Source: Pristiophorus japonicus (taxonomy: Eukaryota). From it: 64,000 nucleotides of DNA. The stretch is taken from the NCBI RefSeq assembly GCF_044704955.1, contig NC_091997.1, positions 34,038,001 to 34,102,000 on the forward strand, read 5' to 3'. Position 1 is the first letter of the stretch, and every line of letters begins with the position of its first letter. Made by a program: the position numbers and the translations under genes. Of the stretch, positions 51,000 to 63,869 are shown in pieces. The notes under the pieces are model-generated. The model was given only the letters and a program-made list of their open reading frames with translations. It searched no databases and was not told the origin of the DNA.

Positions 51000-51535
51000 G
51001 CAAGTTGTGGAGAGGACGCAAAGAATCTGCAAAGGGATATAGATAGGCTAAGTGAGTGGGCAAACATTTTACAGATGGAATATAATGTGGGAAAATGTTT
51101 CAGAATAAGGGGTCGCCCATTATAAATGGAAATGAGGAGGAATTTCTTCTCTCAGAGGGTTGTAAATCTGTGGAATTCTCTGCCCCAGGGAGCTGTGGAG
51201 GCTGGGTCATTGAATATATTTAAGGTGGAGATAGACAGATTTTTGAATGATAAGGGATTTGGGGAGCTGGCAGGGAAGTGGAGCTGAGGCCATGATCAGA
51301 TCAGCCGTGATCTTATTGACTGGCGGAGCAGGCTCGAGGGGCCAAATGGCCGACTCCTGCTCCTATTTCTTATGTATTCAATAGTAACTTTCAAAAGAGA
51401 ATTATATATATATATCTATGTATATGAAAAGGAAACATCAGCAGGGCTATGGGGAAAGAGGAGGGCAGTTGGACTAATTGGATTGCTCAGACCAGACACG
51501 ATCGGTCCCTTTTGTGCTGTAAGATTCTACGATCG
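51000..51535 (+). mobile_element. CR1 fragments
   Basis: CR1 RT and 3' UTR motifs. Confidence 0.8.
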
Positions 51536-52211
51536 ATGCGCTGGCAGTCAGGCTGGGTTTTCCACTGTTGCAATTTAATGGGCAGAAAATCATGAGCTGG
51601 CAAGCAGAGAGGTGGAAATCACTGCCCTGCGTGTCAGTGGGCTGTTAGACCATGGGGAGAGCGCTGAAGCTGTACCTATACTCACCCAGGACACACGCAC
51701 ACAGGGATCATTAGATAATAACCAGAAGCGTGAACCCTGGGTGATTTTTTAAACCCCATTTTGAAACGAATTCTAATGCCCCATTGGCCACTTTGATGGA
51801 GACCAGCACGGACCAGACGGGAAACTTAAGGCATCCTTGGTCTGTAAGGTGCTGCACCAGGTACGCACTGCCCGAGAGGGCGCTGGAAGCAGGTTCAGTA
51901 GTGGCTTTCAAAAGGGATATATACTTGAAAAGGAAAAGAATTGCGGAGCTGTAGGGAAGAGCAAGGAATGGGACTAATTGGGTCGCTCTTTCACAGAGCC
52001 GGCACGGGCGCGGTGGGCTGAATTTGCCTCCTTCTGTGCCTTCAGCTGCCTTTAGGAATTTCCTCTGAAAACCTCTCTGCTTCTCCACCTATCTAACTTC
52101 CTTTAAGACACTTGTTTAACCTACACCTCCCCAAATATCTCTTCACGTGGCTCGGTGTGAATTTTTGTCTGATTACGCTGCTCTGAAGCACCTTGGGATA
52201 TTTTCTTCTTC

Positions 52212-52512
52212 TCAGGCGGTCCCTCGGAGTCGAGGATGACTTGCTTCCACACTGCACAGAGTTCTCAGGTGACTGATGAGTCCAATGCGGGACCTACAGT
52301 CTCTGTCACAGGTGGGGCAGACGGCGGTTGGAGGGGCGGGTGGGTGAGATGCTTGGGTTGCCGTGCGCTCCTTCTGCTGTTTACGCTTGGCTTCTGCGTG
52401 CTTTTGGCGAAGGGACTCGAGGTGTTCAGCACCTTCCCGGATGCTTCTCCTCTACTTTCAGCGGTCTTGGGCCAGGGATCCCCAGGTGTCAGTGGGGATG
52501 TTGCACCTTTTC
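52212..52512 (-). mobile_element. RTE 3' fragment (divergent subfamily) nested in an L2 tail
   Basis: L2 tail pieces at about 52040-52205 and 52518-52560 flank it. Confidence 0.75.
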
Positions 52513-53423
52513 AAGCAGGATGTTTTACCACATTAAAGGTGCTGTATAATTGCAAATTGCTACTGATCCCATGGGAGTGGATTCTGGTTTAGCACGAAGT
52601 ACGCTAAAACGACCTTGTGAATCCCCGACACAAATTCCCCTTTTTATGCCCTGACTCCGAATAAACTGAACGAGCCTTCTCACAACCCTCCCAGCTGTCA
52701 GGGTGCTCTTTATATTAGCAGCTGAAGCTTAAACATAGAACAAACATAAATCTGAGATTACCTGAGTGCAGAGCTTTAACAAAATGTAATTACAACGCCA
52801 AAAAAGAACTCTCCTTTCAGACCTGTGTAACCTGAGTCACAAGCGATTGTGCAGTATAAACAGGCTTTATCTCTATAAGTAAATACCCGCTACCCTCTAC
52901 ACCAACCCCCATCTCATCAGGTTAGAGAATATGCTGCCGTTTACAACAGCAATTAGGGCATTGAGTGACAGAGGTGACAGGGTTCAAACTAGCTGTAAAT
53001 ACACTAACTATGGTTCACAAACTCAAAAAAACTTCTAATCACTGGGTGGGCCAAAAATTAGCTGAGCACGACACAAAGCAGGATTAACAGGAGCACAGCA
53101 AGCGAGAGAGAGGATTCAGGACAGGCACATTTCATATTCTGTTTTCCACTTGCTTTTCAGTTCAGCTCAGGAAAGAGCCTGCAAAACAAAATATTGATAG
53201 GGTGGATCGCAGGGGAACCGTTTCCTCTGGTGGGTGGGGGGAGTCCAGAACAAGGGGGCATCACCTTAAAATTAGAGCCAGGCCGTTCAGGGGTGATGTC
53301 AGGAAGCACTTCTTCACACAAAGGGCAGTGGGAATCCGAGGGACTGCCTCTGATGGTGATTGCACTTGTGTGGTAAGGCTGGATGGAGCAGAGAGGCTTT
53401 ACCAGTCCGTCATTGTTCGTATG

Positions 53424-53635
53424 TTCGCCGAGAGCATGCAGAAAGCAAGCGCAGGCAGCGGAAGGAGCGTGCGGCAAACCAGACTCCCCACCCACCCTTT
53501 CCCTCAACCACTGTCTGTCCCATCTATGACAGAGACGGTAATTCCCGTATTAGACTGTTCAGTCACCTGAGAACTCACTTTTAGAGTGGAAGCAAGTCTT
53601 CCTCGATTTCGAGGGACTGCCTATGATGATGATGT
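53424..53635 (+). mobile_element. RTE 3' end within CR1 fragments
   Basis: RREHAESKRRQRKER..; (GAT)n tail. Confidence 0.85.
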
Positions 53636-54110
53636 TCGAAAAAAATGTTTGAGGCCGAGAGTCGATTGAAAATTTCAAAAGTGAGATGGATAGATATTTG
53701 TTGGGTAAGGGTATTAAGGGTTAGGGAGCCAGGGCGGATGGATGGAGTTAAGATACAGATCAGCCGTGATGCAAATGAATGTCGGAACAGGCTCGAGGGG
53801 CTGAATGGCCTCCTCCTGTTCCGAACTAAAAACTTTATTAGCTGAGAGTGACTTTTAAAAATAAGTGCTCGCCCCATCTGTCCCACAGCAGCTGAGTCTT
53901 GTTGGGACACAGGCTCCGCAGTTGCCGGCTCCTCGCCCAAGTGGACAGTCTTCAAGTGTGAGTATCGGCAGGCTCTTCGACCATGGAGGGCAACACAGTC
54001 CAGAAAGAAAGACAGACTTGCATTTATGTAGCGCCTTCCATGACCTCAGGACGACCCACAGCAGTTAACAGACATAGAAATACTATTGAAGTCTAGTCAC
54101 CGTTGTAGGA

Positions 54111-54551
54111 CATCATGGGCCGCCCCGACCTGTGAGAGAATACCACCGCAGATCGGGGCTATAAATAGAGCTGGAGCGCTGAGCGCTGTGCCCTGGAACA
54201 TCGTGGCTGAGGTGTGGCGAATGAAGGTACGGGGCCCAGAGGAGCCGAGGGCCCAGGGGCAGCACGGGCCAGCCCACACTGCAATATGTATGCGCACTAG
54301 GTCCGTGCAGCAGAGCAGGTATCCAGTCGTCCTGGTTAATCCTTGCCGCTGGATAAAGGCCTAGCTCTGTCAAGCCCGTGTGGTGGCTGATGTGCAACAG
54401 TCACCACACGTTAAAACAATCCACGCACAGGCATCTTCCACCCCCTCAATTGGAGTTCAGGACTGGAACATCGGGTCCTTCATTGAAACATCTGCGAGCT
54501 CTCGTGGAAGCAAGTCATCCTCGGTCAAGGGACCACCTATGATGATGATGA
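54111..54551 (+). mobile_element. 441-bp non-coding RTE-tailed element nested in a minus-strand SacSINE1-like copy
   Basis: Flanked by tagga direct repeats (54106-54110 and 54552-54556); RTE-like 3' end. Confidence 0.75.
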
Positions 54552-55479
54552 TAGGAAATGCGGCAGCCAATTTGCGCACAGCAAGCTCCCACAAACAGCA
54601 ATGAGGCACCGATGCGATGGGTCGAATGGCCTCCTTCTGCGCCGTAAATTTCTATGATTCTATTCTATGATAACGGTCAGATCATCTGTTTTTCTAGCGA
54701 TGTTGGTTGGGGGATAAATATTGGCCAGGATACAAGGACGATCTCCCCTGCTCTTCTTCGAAATAGTGCCGCAGGATCTTTTATGGCAGATGAGGCCTTG
54801 GTTTAACGTCTCATCTGAAAGACGGAAGTCAAGTCCAATTCACTGCTCATCCGAGAGCCATAAAGATGCACTTTACAGCCAGGGACAGTAATCGCCTGGC
54901 TATCAGGAGCAGAAGCCCTGCCTGCTCTCCCACCCTACTCCAACCTGGAGATAACTCACTGGGCCATCGGGGAATGAGCATCTCCTCCCCTCTGTCCTGT
55001 GCTGTCCAGTTTTATTATCCTTGATTGCTGTTCACTTAACAGGCACCGGGGCTGACACTTTTACTGGAAGCCTGCGTGAGAGTACAGGCACTGCTCAGGG
55101 AAGCTGCTGCAGTGTAAAAATGTCATGGTCCACTGGCAGACTTGTCATGTTATAAACCCAGGAACAACCCTGCATTAAAACATGTTAAGCTTTCGTAGGC
55201 TTATATCGGCACTGTAATGTCTGGTCTATGGTATTAAGGAAACTATAGTGAAAGATCTATCAATAACAACATCTACGTCTGCATCAATTTTCTGAAAATT
55301 AATCTTTCAGATTTGCTCAACTAAGTAATAAGCCTGTATGGATACATTATTATCGCACTGTAATCCATTGCACATTATTCCCTGGTTAGACCTCCAGCAC
55401 CCTTACACAAAGGAGATTGTATGACCATCACCACAACAGACTGAGAGGCTGCAATTCTCTCAACTATAGTCCTTTGGCT

Positions 55480-55937
55480 GAGAAAGAAAGACTTGCATTT
55501 CTACAGTGTCTTTCACAACCAAGTATTTTTGAAGTGTAGTCACTGTTGTAATGTAGGAAATACGGCAGCCAATTTACTCACGCAAGCTCCCATAAACAGC
55601 AATGTAATGATGACCAGATAATCTGTTTTTTAGTGATGTTGATTGAGGGATAAATATCGGCCAGGACACCAGGGGTAACACCCCTGCTTCAAGATAGTGT
55701 TATGGGATAATTTACGTCCACTTGCATTTAACTGCTCTCCCGAAAGACAGCACCTCCAACAGTGCGGCATTCCCTTAGTACTGCCCCTCAGATAGTGCAG
55801 CGCTCCCTCGGTACTGCCCCTCCGACAGTGCAGCACTCTGTCAGTCTAGATTGTGTGCTCAAGTCCCTGGAGTGGGACTTGAACCCACAACCTTCTGACT
55901 CAGAGGCGAGAGTGCTGCCCACTGAGCCACGGCTGAC
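55480..55937 (-). mobile_element. SacSINE1-like SINE, about 3 units
   Basis: Head, core and tail. Confidence 0.85.
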
Positions 55938-56672
55938 GCGGATGAGACTTTAAACCTAGATCCCAATGGTCCTTCTGATGTCCAGGTGGATGTTAAAGAT
56001 CCCACGGCACTATTTAAAGAATAGTGTTCTTTCACAGTATTCTCCCTGTGTCCTGGGCAACAATCAGCAACACCAGAAAAAAAACAGGCCGCCTGTTCAT
56101 TCATTTCACCACTGTCTGTGGGATCTTGCTAAACATACGCACATACTTACTAGATAACTACCACTGCACTTCAGAGTAACGCGCTTGGAGATATTTCTGG
56201 TAAGGTGTGCCATAATGCAAGTTTGTCCTTCATTGTAGGAATGAAAAGCGTTAAGTTCTGTAAGATGACATGTAGTGTGTTACAGGGCTGAAAGCTGTCC
56301 AGAGTTGAACCGATGTTTATAAACCACTCCCAGGTACTGTCTGCAATTAGATGGCAACTCTTGCAGGTTTCCAGAAATCCAATAACAAATTACTTATAAC
56401 GCGCCCCCTGCTCTCGGGAGCCGGGAACAGCTAAAGGAACAGGATCTGACAGCACTTTAACCAGAACCAAACCACTTGACAGCCTTGAGTTACAAGTCTG
56501 CTGCTGGATAAAGCTGCAGAGAACTGCCACGTGCCACACGGGAGGGAGCAGGCCAGCCAAAGTTTGCTGGCTCAGCTCCACTCTCAGGAAACATCCAACC
56601 AATCCTCGGGGTGCGTACACACAGACATCAGGTCACGCTGCCCCGACTCGGACTATAATATAAAAAGGCTCG

Positions 56673-56995
56673 TCTGAGGGAGCGCCGCACAGTCGGAGGT
56701 GCCATCTTTCGGATGAGACGTTGAACCGAGACCCCGTCTGCTCTCTCAGGTGGATGGTAAAAGATCCCATCCCATTTTAAAGCAGAGCAGGGACGTTCTC
56801 CCCAGTGTCCTGGCCTCACCCAGCATCACTAAAAAAAAGAGATTATCTGGTCATTTATCACATTGCTGTTTGTGGGAGCTTGCTGTGCGCAAATTGGCGG
56901 CCGCGTTTCCTACATTACAACAGTGACCACAGTTCAAAAAGTACTGAATTGGCTGTAAAGCGCTTTGGGACTTGCTCTATAAATGCAAGTCTTTA
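56673..56995 (+). mobile_element. SacSINE1-like SINE, headless
   Basis: Core and tail. Confidence 0.8.
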
Positions 56996-57094
56996 TTTTG
57001 TTTGTCTTGAGTAAATGTATGTCTCAAAGAAAGCAGGGTAACGGTTACACGGGGCTGAATGCAGTTTGGGGTTTAAACATCCGCGTACTGTAGC

Positions 57095-58055
57095 TCGTCT
57101 GTGCACACACAGAGGCTGAACTCCATGACACAGTCGACATATTTACTGAGGCGTATGAAATCATGGGCCTTACGCTAAACATCAGTAAGACAAAGGTCCT
57201 CCACCTGCCTGTCCTCACCGCACAGCACTGCCCTCCAGTCATCAAGATCCACGGCGTGGCCCTGGACACCGTGGACCACTTCCCTTATCTCGGGAGCCTT
57301 CTATCAACAAGAGCAGGCATTGACGACAAGATCCAACACCGCCTCCAGCGCAGCCTTCAGCCCCCTGAGGAAAAGAGTGTTTGAAGACCAGGCCCTCAAA
57401 ACTGTCACCAAGCTCATGGTCTACAGGGCTGTAGTAATACCTGCCCTCCTGTATGGCTCAGAGATGTGGACCATGTCCAGTAGACACCTCAAGTCACTGG
57501 AGAAATACCACCAGCGATGTCTTCGCAAGATTCTACAAATCCCCTGGGAGGACAGAAGCACAAACATTAGCATCCTTGTCCAGGCCAACATCCCCAGCAT
57601 TGAAGCACTGACCACACTGGATTAGCTTGCTGGGCAGGCCATATAGTTCACATGCCAGACACGAGACTCCCAAAGCAAGCGCTTTACTCGGAACTCGTCC
57701 ACAGCAAACGTGCCAAAGGCGGGCAGAGGAAACGTTATAAGGACACCCTCAAAGCCTCCCTGATAAAGTGCGACATTCCCACTGACACCCGGGGATCCCT
57801 GGCCAAAGACCACCCTAAGTGGAGGAAGTGCATCTGAGAGGGCGCTGAGCCCGTCGAGTATCATCGCCGAGAGCATGCAGAAATCAAGCGCAGGCAGCGG
57901 AAGGAGCGTGCGGCAAACCAGACTCCCCGCCCACCCTTCCCCTCAACCACTGTCTGCCCCACCTGTGACAGAGACTGTGGTTCTCATATTGGACCTAAGA
58001 ACTCATGCTAAGAGTGAAAGCAAGTCTTCCTCAATTCCGAGGGACTGCCTATGAT
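57095..58055 (+). mobile_element. RTE LINE fragment (end of RT to 3' end)
   Basis: GLTLNISKTKV..FPYLGS..IPALLYGSE.W..RLPKQ. Confidence 0.92.
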
Positions 58056-58719
58056 GGAGTTTAAACGTCAAACTGCATCGTCCAGCAGCCACAAAGCCTG
58101 GTTAAGCATTGCCTTACTGTTCACTACGCCTCCCTCACTCAGTGCTTTTGATGTGAGTCGGCTGACAGGAAACAGATCAATTCTGTGTGATATCACTGAT
58201 AAGTTATCCCAGTCACAACTCTACTTTCATCTTATAGTCTTAACCCAATCTTGCAGCATTGATCTTCAAACCTAAAGAATTCTCAAGCTTTTGAAAAGCT
58301 GGACTTTGCTTACAGATAAGTTGCGGAGCCTGTAGAACGGAGAAATGGAACAGAGTTGAAAAATGGGTAACTTATTTTAATCTTTTTTTAAATTCAAGAA
58401 TATTAATTATTGTGCCTTTGGCGATAATTGTAAAATAATAAATGTTCAACAGAAATATATAAAGGGAGCAAAGGGCTAGAATGTCAGATGTGCTAAAGCA
58501 GCTTGTTTTATCAGTGAATAATTTGTGTGCTAGTCCTTCAGTTCTTGGGTACAAACTGTAAGTCCACAGGTCCAAGTTTAGGTTACCTTCACCATGGTAA
58601 TAAAACAGGCACTTCAACTTTAACCCAGCATCAGCATAAACCATAGGTTTAAGCAAAATGCTTCCAGCAGATGTCATTAACTCCTCGATTTTTCTCTGCT
58701 GGACTGGTACAATTGTTCT

Positions 58720-58849
58720 NNNNNNNNNNNNNNNNNNNNNNNNNNNNNNNNNNNNNNNNNNNNNNNNNNNNNNNNNNNNNNNNNNNNNNNNNNNNNNNNN
58801 NNNNNNNNNNNNNNNNNNNNNNNNNNNNNNNNNNNNNNNNNNNNNNNNN
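58720..58849. other. Assembly gap (N run) followed by a GA-rich simple repeat to about 58990
   Basis: Directly visible. Confidence 0.99.
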
Positions 58850-59809
58850 GAGGGAGGGTCAGAGGGAGGGAGGGTCAGAGGGAGGGAGAGTCAGAGGGAG
58901 GGAGAGTCCGAGGGAGGGATGGAGAGAGAGAAAGTCGGAGAGAGAGAAAGTCGGAGGGAGGGAGTGGGAGAGGGAAGGAGGGAGGGGAAAAGAAAATCGG
59001 ATGGGCTTTTGACACCCTATCTATATTAATACAAAAACAGGAGCAAAGTCAAGAATGAGAAACAGTGTTCGGTCAGTCAAAGCCCATCGCTCAATTATCC
59101 CTTAACCAACAGCACTAAAAGAGATGATCTGAACATTATCACATTGCTGTTTGTGGGACCTTGCTGTGCATAAATAGGCTGCCGCATTTCCCTGCATTGC
59201 AACAGTGACTACACTTCATTGGCTGTAAAGCACTTTGGGATGTCCTGAGGTCATGAAAGGAGCTATACAAATGCAGGTTCTTTCTTTTCTTTCTTAGTGC
59301 CCTGGCTTTCCCATTCTCTCATCCAGCTGTATTAATAATGCCCCTAATTTGCCTGTCTCCAACCCAGCATGGCAGATTATTCCTAACATTTGTTACGCTT
59401 CCAGTAAAAAAGTTCACCCCAAGACTGGTTTCAAGTTTATTTTTCAATAACTGTATTAATGCCACTTTTATCCTGTTGCCCTTGCTTATTCTGCAGCAAT
59501 ATTCGAGGTTACCTTATCTAAAACCATTGGATATCTAGTGAGGTCCAAGTAGAAGGTGCGCATGTGTCAGGCGAGGACAGGATTGGACTCAACTGCGATT
59601 CTTCTCGTGGTGAAATAGCCAACCAACACTCAGTCTGGATTCACACGTGAAAGGCTGCTACTTGGGTGAGGTACCGAAGAGTTCCTGTCAGTTGAATGGT
59701 GCCCAGGTAGGAGACAGCAGGGTAGAAATTCGTCTCGGGCAGAATGGGCGGTATCGGACCAGCCGCCGTTATAGACAGCGTCTGATATTTAATTCCACTG
59801 ACTGTTGCC

Positions 59810-60064
59810 ATGCCTCCTGGGCTTCATAAATAGAGGCATTGAGCACAAAAGCAAGGAAGTTATAAAACACCAGTTCGGCCTTATCTGGGGTACTGTGTCT
59901 AATTCTGGGCACCGCACTTTAGGAAGGATGTGAAGGTCTTAGAGAGGGTGCAGAAAAGATTTACAAGAATGGTTCCAGGGATGAGGGACTTCAGTTACAT
60001 GGATAGACTGGAGAAGCTGGGACTGTTCTCCTTGGAGCAGAGAAGGTTGAGGAGATTTGATAGA
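59810..60064 (+). mobile_element. CR1 fragment interrupted by the LTR element
   Basis: LERVQKRFTRMVPG..LEQRRLR, cut at gagatttgataga|TGTT. Confidence 0.85.
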
Positions 60065-61578
60065 TGTTATGTCTTTAATACACTTATGAATGACTCCACG
60101 AAGTCTAGTATTGTACTTGAGCTGTTGTGACCGTAGTCCCATTTATTGTAACCCCAGTGAGGCACAAGCATGGTAAGCAGCCTTTTATACTGGGACCTGC
60201 ACACCTATGCAGGTGACCCTCAGTTCTCCCACCGCAGTGCCCTCTGGTAGCACACCTTATGTGACTTTACAGTTAGTATACACGGTCTACATACATGACA
60301 TCACTTCCCCCCAAACAAGTTTTTAATGCAAATTGACTCGTACATTGACGGTGACCTGGGCTTTGCTCTTCCTGGTTGACCATTGGAGAGTCGCTTCTAG
60401 CTTGGGTGGGTTGGTAGTGAGATTTGTTGCCAGTGGAGGTCCCCGTGATTTCTGGTTGTGAGTCCATGACTACTCCATTCTCTCCCCCCCTCCCCCCCCC
60501 CCCACACACACAGGGATCATGCTAATGGCCCGTTACATGCATGTTGTATTCAAGTTCATCACATGAGTTTTACATTTACATCTTGGTACATTTGTTGGGT
60601 GGATTACAGTTGCGTTTCTTTTTGGGTGGTACATTTACATGATCAGTCCAGGTATATCAGTACAAGTACACAAGGACAGTCTAGTTCCAGCACGGCCGGA
60701 CGAGATCCGGGTCGTCAGATGGCGGCGCAGCGCCCCATGCTAGTCGGTCTGTGGGCGAGGTGAGTCATTTTGCTCGAGTTGCCGGAGCTCAGGGCTCTTG
60801 CCGTTACTCCGAGTCTCAGGCAGGCCCAAAGATAGCTGATGTCTCTGTGACCTCCCTGTCCTTTTTGTTTGCACAGTGTCGCAGCTGCTCCCTGGGAAGC
60901 GGTCTGAGCGAGTGAGCGTTTCGTCTTCGCGACGGTGGGGCTGCCTCGTCTTGTCTAGCAGTTCACAGGGGACTGCTGACTCGCTTTCCTTGAGGGCACC
61001 GTTGTGAGCATTCTCCAGTTTGGGATCCTGGCTGGTCCAGGTCCCGTTTGGAGGAGCCGTTGCGGGTGACCCTTCGCTCTTGGGCACTGCCGTGGTGGCG
61101 AGTGGGTTTGTGGGCTGCGCCTTTTCCACCCGGGTGGTGGGCGACGGTAGCCAACTGCGAGCCCGTGGCCGTTCATGCCATCGGGTGCCTGCAATGTTAA
61201 ACCGATCTGAGGCAGGGTATCGCTACCGGTGCCTCTGCTCTCCGGGGATCGTTTACTCTGCGGCTTGTCGACTTCTATCAGCTGTGGGGACACTTTATGA
61301 TACATCGTTCTGGTCCCGGGGACGCAGGCTACAGCATTGGGTAGCCCGCTGGACCTGTATACGACCGTTAGGTGTTTGCCCGCTACATTGGCTGATTGCA
61401 ATTTGCACCCGACATCGCTCAACAACATTTTGCTCGTTATAGCTGGACTTTTACATTGATTACCAATTTCAAGCAGTTCATTCAAAAATGGTGGGTTGCT
61501 GGCCTCCTTTAAAATGGCCTTACTGCTTTTACCCCAATTGTCTTCCTTGCATGGAACCACGTGTTGTTGCTCCATTAG

Positions 61579-62322
61579 GAAAAGGGGAGGTGCAACGAGA
61601 CCTGGGTGTCATGGTACATCAGTCATTGAAGGTTGGCATGCAGGTACAGCAGGCGGTTAAGAAAGCAAATGGCATGTTGGCCTTCATAGCGAGGGGATTC
61701 GAGTACAGGGGCAGAGAGGTGTTACTACAGTTGTACAGGGCCTTGGTGAGGCCACACCTGGAGTATTGTGTACAGTTTTGGTCTCCTAATTTGAGGAAGG
61801 ACATTCTTGCTATTGAGGGAGTGCAGCGAAGGTTCACCAGACTGACTCCTGGGATGGCACGACTGACATATCAAGAAAGACTGGATCAACTGGGCTTGTA
61901 TTCACTGGAGTTCATTAGAATGAGAGGGGATCTCATAGAAACGTTTAAAATTCTGACGGGTTCAGACAGGTTAGATGCAGGAAGAATGTTCCCAATGTTG
62001 GGGAAGTCCAGAACCAGGGGTCACAATCTAAGGATAAGGGGTAAGCCATTTAGGACCGAGATGAGGAGAAACTTCTTCACCCAGAGAGTGGTGAACCTGT
62101 GGAATTCTTTACCACAGAAAGTTGTTGTGGCCAATTCACTAAATATATTCAAAAAGGAGTTAGATGTAGTCCTTACTACTAGGGGGATCAAGGGGTATGG
62201 CGAGAAAGCAGGAATGGGGTACTGAAGTTGCATGTTCAGCCATGAACTCATTGAATGGCAGTGCAGGCTCAAAGGGCCAAATGGCCTACTCCTGCATCTA
62301 TTTTCTATGCTTCTATGTTTCT
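61579..62322 (+). mobile_element. Young CR1 3' fragment nested in the LTR element
   Basis: ORF 61488..62225 is nearly identical to the 41.5-kb copy; attag at 61574-61578 and 62323-62327. Confidence 0.93.
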
Positions 62323-62331
62323 ATTAGCGCT

Positions 62332-62946
62332 TCACCTCGTGGACGCCATCTTTTCCCTATCCATGATGTCGACTGCCACGATCTTCTTTCCCAAGGATTC
62401 TGCCATTGAAGCTGGGAAGGCGCCCTCGTATTTAATCTTCCTCCCCAGGAGTCCTGCCACTGAAACCGGGAAGGTGCTTTCGGGTCGTCTTGACTGGATC
62501 ATCGCCACGCAGTCGTGATGAGCGGTCTGTGCCTCGGGGGCTGCGCAGATCTGCTCTCCGGTGCCTGGTCGAACCGAAGGTGGGGGCTTGTTCTGCCTCT
62601 GAGCCCGGGGGATGTCGATCAATGGAGGGATGAAGTCTTCCCAGTTCCAATGAATCTTCCCCATCCATCTTCTTCCAAGTAGCGTTGGTCCATCACCTGA
62701 AACAATCCACAGTGGTAAATTGTGCCTCGCGCCATCATGGGATACACTTACATACGCACGACCAACAACTGATATCAGTTCCTTGGTGTAGGTGCGCAGC
62801 TTTGCCTGAACCTGGACCAGCTTGGGTCGTTCAGCTTGATCGTTCCATAGCCTCTCAAAGGCTTCCTGGCTCATTACTGACTGACTCGCCCCCGTGTCCA
62901 TTTCCATGAAGACTGGAATGCCTTTTATCTCGACTTCCATTATCAC
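62332..62946 (-). pseudogene. Retroelement aspartic protease plus an unrecognised C-terminal extension
   Basis: MEMDTGASQSVMS..LRTYT..LPLWIV.GDGPTLLGRRW. Confidence 0.88.
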
Positions 62947-63089
62947 TGGAGGGCAATCTGTAGTGCAGGTATATAATCAATACACTTTGTCCTGGGACTG
63001 AGCTGTCTCTCTAGCCATCTCCTTGTAATCCACGCTGGATTAACAGCCATCTACTGACTCCTCTTCCACATGGTGAGTCACAGCTCTTC

Positions 63090-63869
63090 TGCAAATTCTC
63101 TGGAGCTGGCTCTTTGTGCTGCAGCCTTTGCAAACAGTCTCTGAACCAACACTGATGAGCCCTGTGATTACCTCCGCAATGCCAGCATGGTGCTACTCGA
63201 CTTACGTTTGCACCCCTCGGCGGACTCTGAATTAAAGGCCTCGGGGGCCTGTACTCTCTGCCCTGGGCAGATTCACTTTCAACAGTTCTGCCTGTGAAAG
63301 GCGCCGTTCTATTTACGTACTTGCCGGGTTTGAGTCCTGAGAGTGAGTCATCATCTGCTTGGAGCTGCAGTTTGAGGTCGTGAACGCCTTGCTGCTGCTG
63401 GCCTTCTGCAGAGTGACGGTGGTTTCGGCAGACAGTAGCCTGTGAAGAAGGGCCTCATGACCGATGCCAATTACGAAGACGTCCCGCTCCACATTGACGA
63501 GGGATGCGCTGCCAGTCTCCTGAGGTCGGCAGCGTACTTCGCGATTTCCTGGCCCTCCGGGCGGTGGTGTGTATAAAATTGACGCCTGGCCATGAGGATG
63601 CTCTCCTTCGGATTGAGTTGGTCCCGAATTAGCACTTTCAGCTCCTTGTATGACTTGGTCGTTATTTTCTCCAGTGCAAGCAAGTCCCTGACGAGGCCAT
63701 AGACCGCGGGCCCACAACTGTTCAACAGGACAGCTCTGCGCTTATCTGCCAGCGTGGCCAGATCATTACCTACCAGGTCGTTTTCTGCGAAATATTGGTC
63801 AAGCCGCTCTGTAAAGGCTTCCCAATCTTCACCCTCTGAGAACTTTTCTAATGCACCAACGTTAGTCAT
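63090..63869 (-). pseudogene. Gag (frameshifted) with two CCHC-type knuckles
   Basis: DWEAFTERLDQYF.EN..RAVLLNSCG..Y..LRRLA; CWHCGGNHRAHQC and CKGC..C at about 63090-63190. Confidence 0.85.
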
